Assembly: GCA_031490115.1 (NCBI GenBank)
Contig: GCA_031490115.1_4355.1
Reading direction: 5' to 3' (one strand)
DNA from: a phage
Length of the DNA: 43,346 bases
The translations under genes and the position numbers were made by a program. Position 1 is the first letter of the stretch. The number at the start of each line of letters is the position of its first letter. This document shows, one piece after another, positions 26,469-35,120 of the stretch. The notes below the pieces were generated by a model, which saw only the letters and a program-made list of their open reading frames with translations, made no database searches and was not told the DNA's origin.

Positions 26469-26505
26469 GCTAGTATAGGACAAATCCTAAGCACGAGGAA
26501 TAAAC

Positions 26506-26787
26506 ATGGCCCGGAAGAAAATAACCGACGAACAGTTGCAGGAAGAATTGAACGCCGGTATGAAGAATGTAGATATCGCCCGTAAATACGGCATCTCAGA
26601 CCGCGTAATTCGTATCCGTAAAGCGAAGCTGGCTAAGAAAGGCGTGGGCCACGGGCGCGACGTTAGCCACCTTGTGCCAGACGGCTACAAGATTAAAGGA
26701 ACGTCGTCACTTGTGGACGAGTTCGGCAACACTAAGTTGCAATGGGTTAAGACTGATACCGACGCCGAACGTCGGGTTGAATTGTAG
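26506..26787 (+). CDS. putative HTH DNA-binding protein
   Basis: 93 aa; NVDIARKYGISDRVIRIRKAKL is HTH-like. Confidence 0.45.
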   Translation: MARKKITDEQLQEELNAGMKNVDIARKYGISDRVIRIRKAKLAKKGVGHGRDVSHLVPDGYKIKGTSSLVDEFGNTKLQWVKTDTDAERRVEL

Positions 26788-26798
26788 AAAGCCGTAAC

Positions 26799-26951
26799 AT
26801 GATTGTTGAGCAACACCGCACCTTAGCGGCTAAAGACGCCTACGCCTCTCGCGGCGGATGGATGTCGGGCCGCAGTGCAAATGTAATTACTTATAGCGCC
26901 GAATATGGCGAGGTCGCACGTTTAACTATTTCACCGGAGATGCTGGGATGA
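26799..26951 (+). CDS. hypothetical small protein (50 aa)
   Basis: ORF not in the six-frame list; TGA overlaps the ATG of the phosphatase gene. Confidence 0.3.
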   Translation: MIVEQHRTLAAKDAYASRGGWMSGRSANVITYSAEYGEVARLTISPEMLG

Positions 26952-27436
26952 AAGATATTGTAATTTTCGATTTAGACGGGACATTGGCTGACGGTACCCA
27001 TCGCTTACACCTGTTACCAAAAGATAACTACGGAGAAACGTGGGCGTGGAAGCCATTTAACATGGCCTGCAAAGATGACGCTCCGATATACGACAATATC
27101 CATTTGTGTAGCGTACTGTGGCATTCCGGACTTACTATAATTATCCTTACCGGGCGAAGTGATGACGCTGAGGAGGAGACTCGCGAATGGTTACGAGAGA
27201 ATAACGTTAGGTTTGACACGCTAATCATGCGCAGCAAACACGACAACAGAAAAGACATCGTAATTAAAGAAGAGGTGTTGCGTGCTTTCGGACTGGAAAG
27301 AATCTTGTGTGCGTTCGACGACTCTCCAGCGGTAATAAAGCATTTCCGTGACCTCGGCATAACCGCACACGCAGTTACCGAATACGACTGTAACGGGAAC
27401 TCTACACACTTAAAACCACACGGGAGCGATAAATAA
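26948..27436 (+). CDS. HAD-family phosphatase resembling the 3'-phosphatase domain of T4 polynucleotide kinase
   Basis: Motif I IVIFDLDGTLADG, motif II ILTGRSD, motif III DNRKDIVIKEEV and a C-terminal FDDS acidic motif parallel the T4 Pnk phosphatase domain. Confidence 0.65.
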   Translation: MKDIVIFDLDGTLADGTHRLHLLPKDNYGETWAWKPFNMACKDDAPIYDNIHLCSVLWHSGLTIIILTGRSDDAEEETREWLRENNVRFDTLIMRSKHDNRKDIVIKEEVLRAFGLERILCAFDDSPAVIKHFRDLGITAHAVTEYDCNGNSTHLKPHGSDK

Positions 27437-27990
27437 TGGCTAAGGTAATTATTCTTAATGGCCCCGCGGGTTGCGGGAAAGACACGCTTGCTATGGCGCT
27501 GGTAGAAATGGGCTTTGCGAAAGGAACTACCAGTTTCAAGAATCCAATGTTCAATATTGCTTTGGCAGCGTTAGGCCAGGATGCTTACCACGAATTTCTC
27601 GACGGCTACGACGACCGGGCGCGGAAAGAAAAACCCGAGGGTTTTCTTAATGGGTTGTCCCGCCGCCGGTTAATGATTGCCATTTCTGAGCAATTCATTA
27701 AACCGGTATTCGGCGATGATTATTTCGGTAAGTATCTTGCTGAAAACTTGCCTGACGGCGACGAAGTTTTTGTAGTGTCCGATGGTGGATTCGCCAGTGA
27801 AGTTGCCCCTATCGTCGCCGCGGGGCATGACGTGCGAATCGTCCGCCTCCATCGTGACGGCTATACGTTCATCTGCGATAGCCGTGGCTATCTGTACGAT
27901 ATTGATGGTGTAAAAGATTACGACACCTACATCATACCGGGTGACGTTAAATCGAACGTTATAGACATTGCTTTAAAATTAGGTTTGTAA
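27436..27990 (+). CDS. P-loop kinase, dNMP-kinase-like (T4 gene 1-like)
   Basis: Walker A GPAGCGKDT (the G...GKDT variant of T4 dNMP kinase), then SRRRLMIAISEQ and VVSDGGFASE blocks. Confidence 0.55.
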   Translation: MAKVIILNGPAGCGKDTLAMALVEMGFAKGTTSFKNPMFNIALAALGQDAYHEFLDGYDDRARKEKPEGFLNGLSRRRLMIAISEQFIKPVFGDDYFGKYLAENLPDGDEVFVVSDGGFASEVAPIVAAGHDVRIVRLHRDGYTFICDSRGYLYDIDGVKDYDTYIIPGDVKSNVIDIALKLGL

Positions 27991-27994
27991 GAAA

Positions 27995-28020
27995 AAGGCC
28001 CCGAAAGGGGCCTTAGTTTT
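27995..28020. terminator. bidirectional terminator
   Basis: GGCCCC-gaaa-GGGGCC followed by TTAGTTTT; overlaps the major tail gene stop. Confidence 0.65.
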
Positions 28021-29191
28021 ATGCGTAGGTGATACGTTGAATTACGATAGACGACTGGTACTGATTGCCGGTAGCCTGGCCTTCAATGGACTGAGTGATT
28101 GACTCAGGCCCACCAATCTCTGGTGTTACTGCTGTAAGCTCTGCGCGTTTCAAACTGAAAGACATCGCCCCGTTTACCCCAGCCAGAATAGAGTTAATCT
28201 CTACCTGCTGCTCGTTGATAAACTTCTGAATCATAGCCATGTCGTACAGCTTGCCGGAGATGGAGAAGGTGTTAGCCGCGCGGCTACGTTCCACAAACGC
28301 TACGTTAGTGTTGCCGAGTTCGAACTGTGCGGACGCGCTGTTGTCGTTGGTGATGGTAAGGCTATCGCAACGCAACGGGGTAGAACCGTCGAACACGGAA
28401 ACGTCAACCGAAGAGAACGGCTCATCACCAAAAGTAACAGATGAGAAGTTGGAACCGGTCGGCCGCGTAGTGAGAATCTCCTGACTGCGACCGATGAATG
28501 GGAAGCTGCCAGTTACCATCGCGTTAACAGCCTGTTCGATGGTAAAACCAGAAACTTCCACGCCTTTGGTTAACGTGTACGCGTCAGTACCGCCGCACTG
28601 GCCTTTGTACCAGGTAAGGATAGAGAACGTCTTACACGTGTTACCAGTTTCCAGCTTGTCGCCGGTTTTAGCCTTACTAGTTTTTGTCTCGGGGGTCAGG
28701 GTGTGTTGGATGCCCGCACCAGTAACAACCGTAGCCGTCACTGCAGTAACAATAAATGGTTTTGCGTTATCGCCTGTTAAATCGGTAAATGCAATCAGGT
28801 CGCCTATCTCAACTCCGTCAGTGATAAAACTGCCGGTAGCGCGTGTGAACGTCTTGCCTGCAGGCGCGACGGTAATTGATAGCTTGGTCAGAGAACTACC
28901 GGATCGCCATGTAGAGCCTAAAGCACCCGCCAGCCAGTCGTCCTGGCTTTTCGAGCTAAGCTCAATAGCGTATTCTCCGCTAACCTGCTTGTTACCGGTG
29001 CGGATTGACGTAGTTTCACGGCTGCCGTCCAGTTCGTTGGAGGTCAGCGTGTCGCGGGTAATGGCAGGAACGCCACCTGTGTTACGCAATGGCGACCAGA
29101 CCGGGTTAGTCGGTGTTACGCCAGGGGTAGTTTCTGCCACATAGAATTGCGCAGTATTCGCGCCCTTAAAAGGAGTTGTAGCCATATTCAC
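28019..29191 (-). CDS. major tail protein
   Basis: 390 aa, directly upstream (in operon order) of the G/T chaperones and tape measure. Confidence 0.65.
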   Translation of the reverse strand: MNMATTPFKGANTAQFYVAETTPGVTPTNPVWSPLRNTGGVPAITRDTLTSNELDGSRETTSIRTGNKQVSGEYAIELSSKSQDDWLAGALGSTWRSGSSLTKLSITVAPAGKTFTRATGSFITDGVEIGDLIAFTDLTGDNAKPFIVTAVTATVVTGAGIQHTLTPETKTSKAKTGDKLETGNTCKTFSILTWYKGQCGGTDAYTLTKGVEVSGFTIEQAVNAMVTGSFPFIGRSQEILTTRPTGSNFSSVTFGDEPFSSVDVSVFDGSTPLRCDSLTITNDNSASAQFELGNTNVAFVERSRAANTFSISGKLYDMAMIQKFINEQQVEINSILAGVNGAMSFSLKRAELTAVTPEIGGPESITQSIEGQATGNQYQSSIVIQRITYA

Positions 29192-29604
29192 AGCCTCTTG
29201 GTGAATGCAATAAAGTTAATTGACAATGGTCGTTTGGCCCATCCGTTTTCTACAATCAGCGGCCCCAGGCTAACCGATTGAACCTCGGCGCAGATGTCGT
29301 TACGTGAAAATGACTTACCTGCTTTAAACGCCGTGTTAAGTAAGTCTGCCATTTTATTGATTGGCGCGCTACCTTTCACCGATGCGTAGTTAATGTCGAC
29401 CTGATAAACACCTGAGCGTTGTTCCGTGAAGAACAAATCAGCCTGCTCGGTATCCGCCAGCAACATATAGCTCGACAGATACGGCGTATTAGTTGACGTC
29501 GGCGCATCAATGTTTTCAAGCGCAACCTTGATGCCGTTGGTGGTTCCGAAGGCTACCAGCGGCACATCAAACGCTTTGGTTAAGTCTTCAAAGTAGCCCA
29601 TCAC
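29188..29604 (-). CDS. tail terminator / tail completion protein
   Basis: 138 aa, position immediately before the major tail gene. Confidence 0.45.
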   Translation of the reverse strand: MMGYFEDLTKAFDVPLVAFGTTNGIKVALENIDAPTSTNTPYLSSYMLLADTEQADLFFTEQRSGVYQVDINYASVKGSAPINKMADLLNTAFKAGKSFSRNDICAEVQSVSLGPLIVENGWAKRPLSINFIAFTKRL

Positions 29605-29996
29605 TTCACCTTGTTGGTTTCTTCGTTAATGAGTTGCTGGAAACGTGATATATTAGTCCTTACCATACCTTGCGGCGCTTGCTGCGACCAGCCATACTCC
29701 AGTCGTTGTGCATACGGCAGATTATTTGTCAGCGTAAACTCGCGCCAGTCGGAGGCGTTCAGTACAAAACCTGTAGCGTTTCCGGTTGCTGTGTTTCCTG
29801 ATTTATCCGTAGCATCCGTAATCCCGGAAGCAGGAGTACCGCCAGATGCCATCCAGTTCATGCGAAACCGACCAGTATCTACCGGACTCGCCTTTATAAT
29901 AGCGGAAAACAGCTTGATAGACACCTGACGCATCACCTTCTCAGGGTTCTTCTTCGCCTTTTCCACGAACTTAGAGACGTCCAGCGCGAAACTCAT
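29601..29996 (-). CDS. neck protein, HK97 gp10-like
   Basis: 131 aa; PVDTGRFRMNW matches the DTGxLRxxW signature of the HK97 gp10 family. Confidence 0.55.
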   Translation of the reverse strand: MSFALDVSKFVEKAKKNPEKVMRQVSIKLFSAIIKASPVDTGRFRMNWMASGGTPASGITDATDKSGNTATGNATGFVLNASDWREFTLTNNLPYAQRLEYGWSQQAPQGMVRTNISRFQQLINEETNKVK

Positions 29997-30352
29997 TTTC
30001 TCACCTGAATAAAGTAGGCCACAACATCATCGTTAACCACCTTTTTCTCAATGGCTACGACGGACCATTGCTCGCCGCCGAATTGCACTTTGTCTTCCAT
30101 CTTAGGAACGACGCTGTAATCGGCTTTAACAATCATGTCACCAGCCTGAATCGTCGTACCGTTCACCAGACCCGCATTAACAGGAACCGGAACGGCCTTC
30201 AACGGCAACACTTCATCCGCAGACCAGACGTACTCACCGAGAACTTCATCCCACACTTTCGAGCCAGCGCGAATCAGAGATACCGTGCTACCGAATTTGG
30301 TTAACAGGCGTGTACCTACGCCTTGCATACGTTTACTGAAAGCTGTGCTCAT
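29993..30352 (-). CDS. head-tail joining protein
   Basis: ORF in the neck gene block; start taken at the internal Met to avoid a 55-nt overlap. Confidence 0.4.
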   Translation of the reverse strand: MSTAFSKRMQGVGTRLLTKFGSTVSLIRAGSKVWDEVLGEYVWSADEVLPLKAVPVPVNAGLVNGTTIQAGDMIVKADYSVVPKMEDKVQFGGEQWSVVAIEKKVVNDDVVAYFIQVRK

Positions 30353-30966
30353 CAGGCGGCCTCCAGTCTCGAGATAACCAGTAGCGCGGATGGTGCTGTA
30401 CCCCATGCGGTTACGGTAGCCGCTTGCGGGTATACGCCGCCGAAGTTGCTTCCGGCGCTATCCCGCATAATCTGAACGGCAAACGTCTGGCCTGCTGTTG
30501 GGTTAATAACAACGCGAGATTCAATCTGGATTGTGGTGTCCGCGCTTACCAGTTTCGTGGCGGCAGGTGAGCCGTACTGAGCACCGTTCAGAAGAATGCG
30601 TGATAACAGGATAGACGTTCCGCTGGCACCTGTGCGGCCTGCCTGTAACTTGATGCGAACGGCGTAGTTACCGGCGGTGTTGAATGTAACCAGCCCCGCA
30701 GCATTAATCATTACCGGGTCGGATGCACTACCCTGAGCTGCACCGAACGATACCTGCAACGCCGTATCTACTGCGGTAGGCGCTTGCGCTACTGTCGACG
30801 CAGCGCGGAGAACTTCAACCTCTTTAACACCCGGAGTGGCGTAAATAGGTGAGTCAGCCATCTGGGTTAATACCCCGCGCAACTTCGCAGGCGTAATAAG
30901 TCCGGTCGTGTTGTCCGGTAGCTCGGAACCGATTAGCGTGAATATCTCTGATTTAGTCTTCGCCAT
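30352..30966 (-). CDS. structural protein (neck/tail)
   Basis: 204 aa, in the neck gene block. Confidence 0.4.
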   Translation of the reverse strand: MAKTKSEIFTLIGSELPDNTTGLITPAKLRGVLTQMADSPIYATPGVKEVEVLRAASTVAQAPTAVDTALQVSFGAAQGSASDPVMINAAGLVTFNTAGNYAVRIKLQAGRTGASGTSILLSRILLNGAQYGSPAATKLVSADTTIQIESRVVINPTAGQTFAVQIMRDSAGSNFGGVYPQAATVTAWGTAPSALLVISRLEAA

Positions 30967-30968
30967 TT

Positions 30969-31481
30969 TTAACCCCGGTACACGTTAAACGAGAAACCAT
31001 TGTTAAGACCGCCACACAATAACGGGCGTAAAGCGTCGTCAGCAGCGGTAATCGCGGTCGTAGCGCCACTGTTGCCATTGTTGAAGTAGGTAACTGTTAC
31101 CGCACCCTCTACACGCTCGGTCTGCACGGAACGTCCATCGGAGTTAGCCCGAACATCAGTGCCCGCTCCATACGTAACAGCGGCGATTACCTGCGCCCGG
31201 ATTAACTGCGGTGGGATAACATTATCAGCTACGGTGAAGCCGTTTAGTGTTGTTCCCGTACGTGGGTACGCCAGGGACTGCTCGGCGGATACGCGGTGGC
31301 CACACATCTGAGGTTCTGCAAGCCCGACATAAGTAGCACCGTTGCGCAGTGCCACCTCTGCGGCAGTATCGTCTGCGGGTAACTCAAGACCGTAATTAGC
31401 CGCTAACGCGCGGGCGTCAGCCAGACTAATGTAACTGTCGGCGTTAGGTACTATCGACCCGTCTTCCACGATTAGCGGCAT
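30969..31481 (-). CDS. head-tail connector protein
   Basis: 170 aa, first large gene after the capsid and decoration-like genes. Confidence 0.4.
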   Translation of the reverse strand: MPLIVEDGSIVPNADSYISLADARALAANYGLELPADDTAAEVALRNGATYVGLAEPQMCGHRVSAEQSLAYPRTGTTLNGFTVADNVIPPQLIRAQVIAAVTYGAGTDVRANSDGRSVQTERVEGAVTVTYFNNGNSGATTAITAADDALRPLLCGGLNNGFSFNVYRG

Positions 31482-31484
31482 AAA

Positions 31485-31664
31485 TTATTCCTCTGACTTA
31501 CGGCGACGACGCTTAGCACCACCGCCGTTGTTGTGCGCTTCTTCGTTGTCCGGTTGAGTCGCAACCAGTTCATCCGCTTCTACCACACCGCGAACAGGCA
31601 TCACCTGACCGTCAACAACATCAACGTGGGTGTACTTTTCGCGGATTACATAATTATCTGCCAT
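31485..31664 (-). CDS. hypothetical small protein (59 aa)
   Basis: ORF behind AAGGAAAGG; basic C-terminus; not in the six-frame list. Confidence 0.35.
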   Translation of the reverse strand: MADNYVIREKYTHVDVVDGQVMPVRGVVEADELVATQPDNEEAHNNGGGAKRRRRKSEE

Positions 31665-31700
31665 GACCTTTCCTTATTACGGCCCCGAAGGGCCGTTGTA

Positions 31701-32042
31701 TTAAGACACAGTTGCTACAGTGCTGCTGGAGATAATATTACCATACACATCGTGAACAACCACTTTATACGTACCAGAGTCGGCGGTAGTGGTCGACGCT
31801 TTAGCATAGGTGGCTGCGGTAGCCCCCGCGATGGCGTTGTTGTTCTTGTACCACTGATAGGAATATGGCGCCAGACCGCCGGTTACGGTTACGGTCAGTG
31901 ACATAGTTCTACCTGCGGCTACTGCGGTAGTGGCCGCCGGTGCGGATGGGAAAGACGCAGGAGAAATAGTCTCCATATCGATTTTAGCACCTACGGTATC
32001 GGCGGACATACCGGTAATACGACGTTTGATTACATCAACCAT
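31701..32042 (-). CDS. Ig-like domain protein (possible decoration protein)
   Basis: 113 aa; YSYQWYKNN...DSGTYKVVVHD is an I-set/Big-type Ig signature. Confidence 0.55.
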   Translation of the reverse strand: MVDVIKRRITGMSADTVGAKIDMETISPASFPSAPAATTAVAAGRTMSLTVTVTGGLAPYSYQWYKNNNAIAGATAATYAKASTTTADSGTYKVVVHDVYGNIISSSTVATVS

Positions 32043-32054
32043 TTTTAAGCTCCT

Positions 32055-32354
32055 TTAGCTTACAGTTCCTGCATTTTTAAGCGCGGTTAATAGGTTTGCT
32101 ACGGTAGTGCGCAGCGCGGTAACATCAGTTCGGAGTTTGTTGTACTCCGCTACAAGAGCACCGAACTCGGCCTTAGTTGGAGCGTCAGCAGACCTGTACC
32201 CCTCACCAGCGGTAATGGCCGCGGGCGCTGCTACAGTAGCTGACTTTCTAACCCCACCAACTACGCTGGTAGTAGCAGGCGTGACTGGGATATCAAAGTC
32301 ACCGAAGTCGACATTCTGAAGGCTGCGCGGCAAGCCTTTTCCGGTCTTAGCCAT
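32055..32354 (-). CDS. hypothetical structural protein
   Basis: 99 aa, directly downstream of the capsid gene. Confidence 0.4.
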   Translation of the reverse strand: MAKTGKGLPRSLQNVDFGDFDIPVTPATTSVVGGVRKSATVAAPAAITAGEGYRSADAPTKAEFGALVAEYNKLRTDVTALRTTVANLLTALKNAGTVS

Positions 32355-32413
32355 AATTTACCTCTTAGTAAATGAAAAGAGGGACCGAAGTCCCTCTCGA
32401 TTATAGCTTAACC

Positions 32414-33463
32414 TTAAGCACCGACACCAGTTACCAGGAAGGCAATCGGTACGTGCTTACGTTCAACCACACGGTTCCAGTTGGAGGCGTTTGCCAGGTC
32501 CTGCCAGGAAGCAGAGCGGGCTACAGTCTCGGTGCCGTTGCCAGTGATTACCGCGCTGGTGAAGCTGTAACCAAACGGATGCAGCAACCAGGTCTTACGG
32601 GTCCACAGAGTTTCGACACCACCACCGTTACCGCGAGACGCTTCGCGCTCGTATTCCAGCGGGTTGGACGGAGAACCTTCACCGTAACCGATAGCGCCGT
32701 TGCCGAAGATGATGGAGATGAACTTATGGCGGCCGCTAGTACCGACTACAGTCATGCTGTCGTCAACAATCACGCGGTAGCCCTGGTAGGTGGCGAACAT
32801 GGTGTTGTTGTCGGCGTCACGGATAAAGTCGATAAGCTGCTGCTTACGGGCCTGCGCATAAACGAAGCTGTGCATCGCAATAGCACCAAGCACTTCACCA
32901 CCGTTACCCATCAGCGCATCACCCATAGTCTGGGTAGCGTCGATGAACGCACCGGAGTCGAAGCCCAGAGTAGTGGACACGTCGATTACCATGTCATTCC
33001 GCTCGTGGTAAGCATCGGTAGCGGCTACGTTGTCGTTGTACAGACCGAGCGCGGTAGCAATCAGACGGCGTTGCACCTGGCGCTGCCAGAAGTTATCCAG
33101 ACGGGACGCTACAGATTGCAGCGGGTTCTGGCTGGTCAGTTCTACAGTCAGGTCCGCCTGGCCAAAACCTTCGTTCAGGTACGCAACGCGCGCCATCATC
33201 TCGCCGGTCTGCACGTTACGCGGGGTGGCGATGTCCTGGTATACGTCGTTCGAGTAGTTCGGCTCGATAGATGTATCAATCGCTTTCCAGAAAGGAATAT
33301 TAGCGACGTTGGACGGGCCGCGGGCAATCTCGGCGGCGTATGGGGTCGGGGTGAGAATACCAGACTGGAAGAACGCGGTTTTTTCTACCGGGTCCTCGGT
33401 CATATAAGACGCCAGGACCGGGATGTTGCCAGTTACGATATCGCCGATAGTGGTAATTGCCAT
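32414..33463 (-). CDS. major capsid protein
   Basis: 349 aa, directly downstream of the scaffold gene; size and position typical. Confidence 0.7.
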   Translation of the reverse strand: MAITTIGDIVTGNIPVLASYMTEDPVEKTAFFQSGILTPTPYAAEIARGPSNVANIPFWKAIDTSIEPNYSNDVYQDIATPRNVQTGEMMARVAYLNEGFGQADLTVELTSQNPLQSVASRLDNFWQRQVQRRLIATALGLYNDNVAATDAYHERNDMVIDVSTTLGFDSGAFIDATQTMGDALMGNGGEVLGAIAMHSFVYAQARKQQLIDFIRDADNNTMFATYQGYRVIVDDSMTVVGTSGRHKFISIIFGNGAIGYGEGSPSNPLEYEREASRGNGGGVETLWTRKTWLLHPFGYSFTSAVITGNGTETVARSASWQDLANASNWNRVVERKHVPIAFLVTGVGA

Positions 33464-33465
33464 TA

Positions 33466-34167
33466 TTATTTCCTCAGGGCTTTAAGTTGCCGTTCAAATT
33501 CGGCAGGGTTCGATTTATACAGGGCTAAACGCTCTGCTTCACTCATGTCTTTAAACGCTGGTGCGGCCCCGCCGCCTTTGCTACCGGAAGCCCCGCCGCC
33601 GGAAGCTGCATTTGCTTTGATCAAATGCGAAAACGCCTTGTGTTCGCGCAGGTATTTGCGGAACTGTTCCGGGTCAGTCGTGATTACGTTACCGTCTGCA
33701 CCAACAAACTTAGTAACCACATCATCACCTTCGAACTCAGTCTTAACGAACGGCGCAAGAATGTCCACTGCTTCTGGGGTAATAAAGTCACCCGCGAAAG
33801 AGCCTAGCACCGCTTTACGTTCGCTGCCGAGGATACGCTCTGCCATTCTGGAGATGCGACCGTCTTTCTCGGCTAACACCGGGTCATACTGGCTACGAAT
33901 CGTCTTTTCGAACTCATCCATCTTACCAGCGGCTTTTAACGCCTCCTGGTGCGCGCGCTGCCGTTCTTCTTCGGCCTCTTTTGCTTTGCGAGCGGCTTCT
34001 TTCTTCTCCGCCAACAATGCTTCCTGATTAGCCTTAAGCCCGGCAACTTCTTTCTCAATCAGCGCCTGAACTTCTTCAGCGGTGAACATTTTCGGCGCGT
34101 CACCGCCACCAGCTTTATCTTCTGCCCCAGCCTCTTCCTGGAACGGATAACGTAAAAAACGATTCAT
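33466..34167 (-). CDS. scaffolding protein
   Basis: Ala/Glu/Lys-rich coiled coil, followed by the capsid gene; start taken at MNRFLRYPF (the ORF extends to 34221). Confidence 0.65.
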   Translation of the reverse strand: MNRFLRYPFQEEAGAEDKAGGGDAPKMFTAEEVQALIEKEVAGLKANQEALLAEKKEAARKAKEAEEERQRAHQEALKAAGKMDEFEKTIRSQYDPVLAEKDGRISRMAERILGSERKAVLGSFAGDFITPEAVDILAPFVKTEFEGDDVVTKFVGADGNVITTDPEQFRKYLREHKAFSHLIKANAASGGGASGSKGGGAAPAFKDMSEAERLALYKSNPAEFERQLKALRK

Positions 34168-34249
34168 AGTCAGTATGCCCCCTGGACGTTGGAACCCGGG
34201 CCACCCGGATTTACATGTCAAGAATAAATTATCCCAACATGCAAGGCAA

Positions 34250-34513
34250 CTATTCCAGAATATTCCTCACGTAATCCTGCAACATGAACACTTTCAGTCT
34301 CAGTTGCCGTACACATTCTGCGTTCTGAACGTCGATAGCCAAATCCTCGTCGGCGTCGCTACTTGGCAGCGCCAGTTTGCACGGCGGCTGCATCATCGTC
34401 GTATCCGGGGATGGAATTGGCGTTTGCGACTGCGCGGGACTTGAGCTGCACGCGCTCAGGGTCAAAAGTGCACACGCTGCGACCAGGCGTTCTAATGTAC
34501 TTAACGACTTCAC
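34250..34513 (-). CDS. o-spanin (Rz1-like lipoprotein), overlapping the i-spanin gene
   Basis: Lipobox LLTLSAC, Pro-rich mature region with MMQPP (compare lambda Rz1 IMQPPP); in the +1 frame across the 3' end of the Rz-like gene. Confidence 0.55.
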   Translation of the reverse strand: MKSLSTLERLVAACALLTLSACSSSPAQSQTPIPSPDTTMMQPPCKLALPSSDADEDLAIDVQNAECVRQLRLKVFMLQDYVRNILE

Positions 34514-34745
34514 GGGTAATCACCTCTGATTTCGTCTTGCCTTCGTTGTCGGCGGCGGCGGCCTTTGATTCGTCCTGCTGCTGCCGTTGTGTTTTCTTCG
34601 CTAACTCAGCCTGCGCTTTCTGCTGTTGCTGCGAAACGAGATTCGCCCGGCCTTCGCTCCAGCCGCTGCGGTACTGATAAATGCCGTGTGTGTAAGCCAG
34701 GATGATGAAACATGCTCCCGCTACGACAGTTGCTTTAAGATTCAT
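34359..34745 (-). CDS. i-spanin (Rz-like)
   Basis: 128 aa; N-terminal TM helix, Gln-rich coiled coil, embedded lipoprotein ORF. Confidence 0.55.
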   Translation of the reverse strand: MNLKATVVAGACFIILAYTHGIYQYRSGWSEGRANLVSQQQQKAQAELAKKTQRQQQDESKAAAADNEGKTKSEVITREVVKYIRTPGRSVCTFDPERVQLKSRAVANANSIPGYDDDAAAVQTGAAK

Positions 34746-34761
34746 GTTTCCCCTTTCTCGA

Positions 34762-34789
34762 TAAGTAAAGCCCCGCCTTAAAGCGGGGC
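34762..34789 (-). terminator. terminator-like hairpin in the leader of the late operon
   Basis: GCCCCGC-N6-GCGGGGC followed on the minus strand by UUUACUUAU, about 185 nt downstream of the copy-B promoter and 25 nt upstream of the Rz start. Confidence 0.45.
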
Positions 34790-34855
34790 GCTAGTCCTTA
34801 TCATTTAAACATAGAAACGGCGTAATCTCAGTAAATCAGTTACTTTTTACACAAG

Positions 34856-34998
34856 CAATAGAGCACGGCCCTTCAGAACGCGTCAGCGTAACTACACTCA
34901 GGACTTACGTCCCGCTCCGTTACCTGCCCGCGCCGCGGTCGTTTGTTCATACTTCACAAGCTCAGGTGGAGCTTAGCACATTTTTAGTGAAAAGTCAA
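34856..34998 (-). repeat. copy B of the duplicated promoter-plus-leader element
   Basis: Minus-strand -35 TTGACT (34993-34998), 17-nt spacer, TGn-TAAGCT (34970-34975); conserved leader; hairpin GGAC-ttac-GTCC (34901-34912) replaces copy A's GTGCC-taat-GGCAC. Confidence 0.6.
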
Positions 34999-35064
34999 CT
35001 ATTCGAATAGTTTATTCCAACATTTACAATTCGGTGGAATAACTGGAATACGTAAATAAATAGT

Positions 35065-35093
35065 TTGCACACCCCAATATAATAGGGTACTAT
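35065..35093 (+). promoter_or_regulatory. sigma70-like promoter (TTGCAC-N17-TACTAT), rightward
   Basis: A 28/29-nt match to the promoter at 26218-26246. Confidence 0.6.
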
Positions 35094-35120
35094 TCATTCT
35101 ATCGAACCGAGGAGGCCGTC

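Noticed and set aside
28494-29144. 216-aa plus-strand ORF inside the major tail gene
   Set aside because: Antisense to the major tail protein gene; no independent expression signals; Val/Ser/Pro-rich translation.
32372-34027. 551-aa plus-strand ORF spanning the capsid and scaffold genes
   Set aside because: It is antisense to two well-supported, tightly packed minus-strand structural genes, has no SD or promoter context, and translates to low-complexity sequence. This looks like the usual open antisense frame in a GC-biased coding region.
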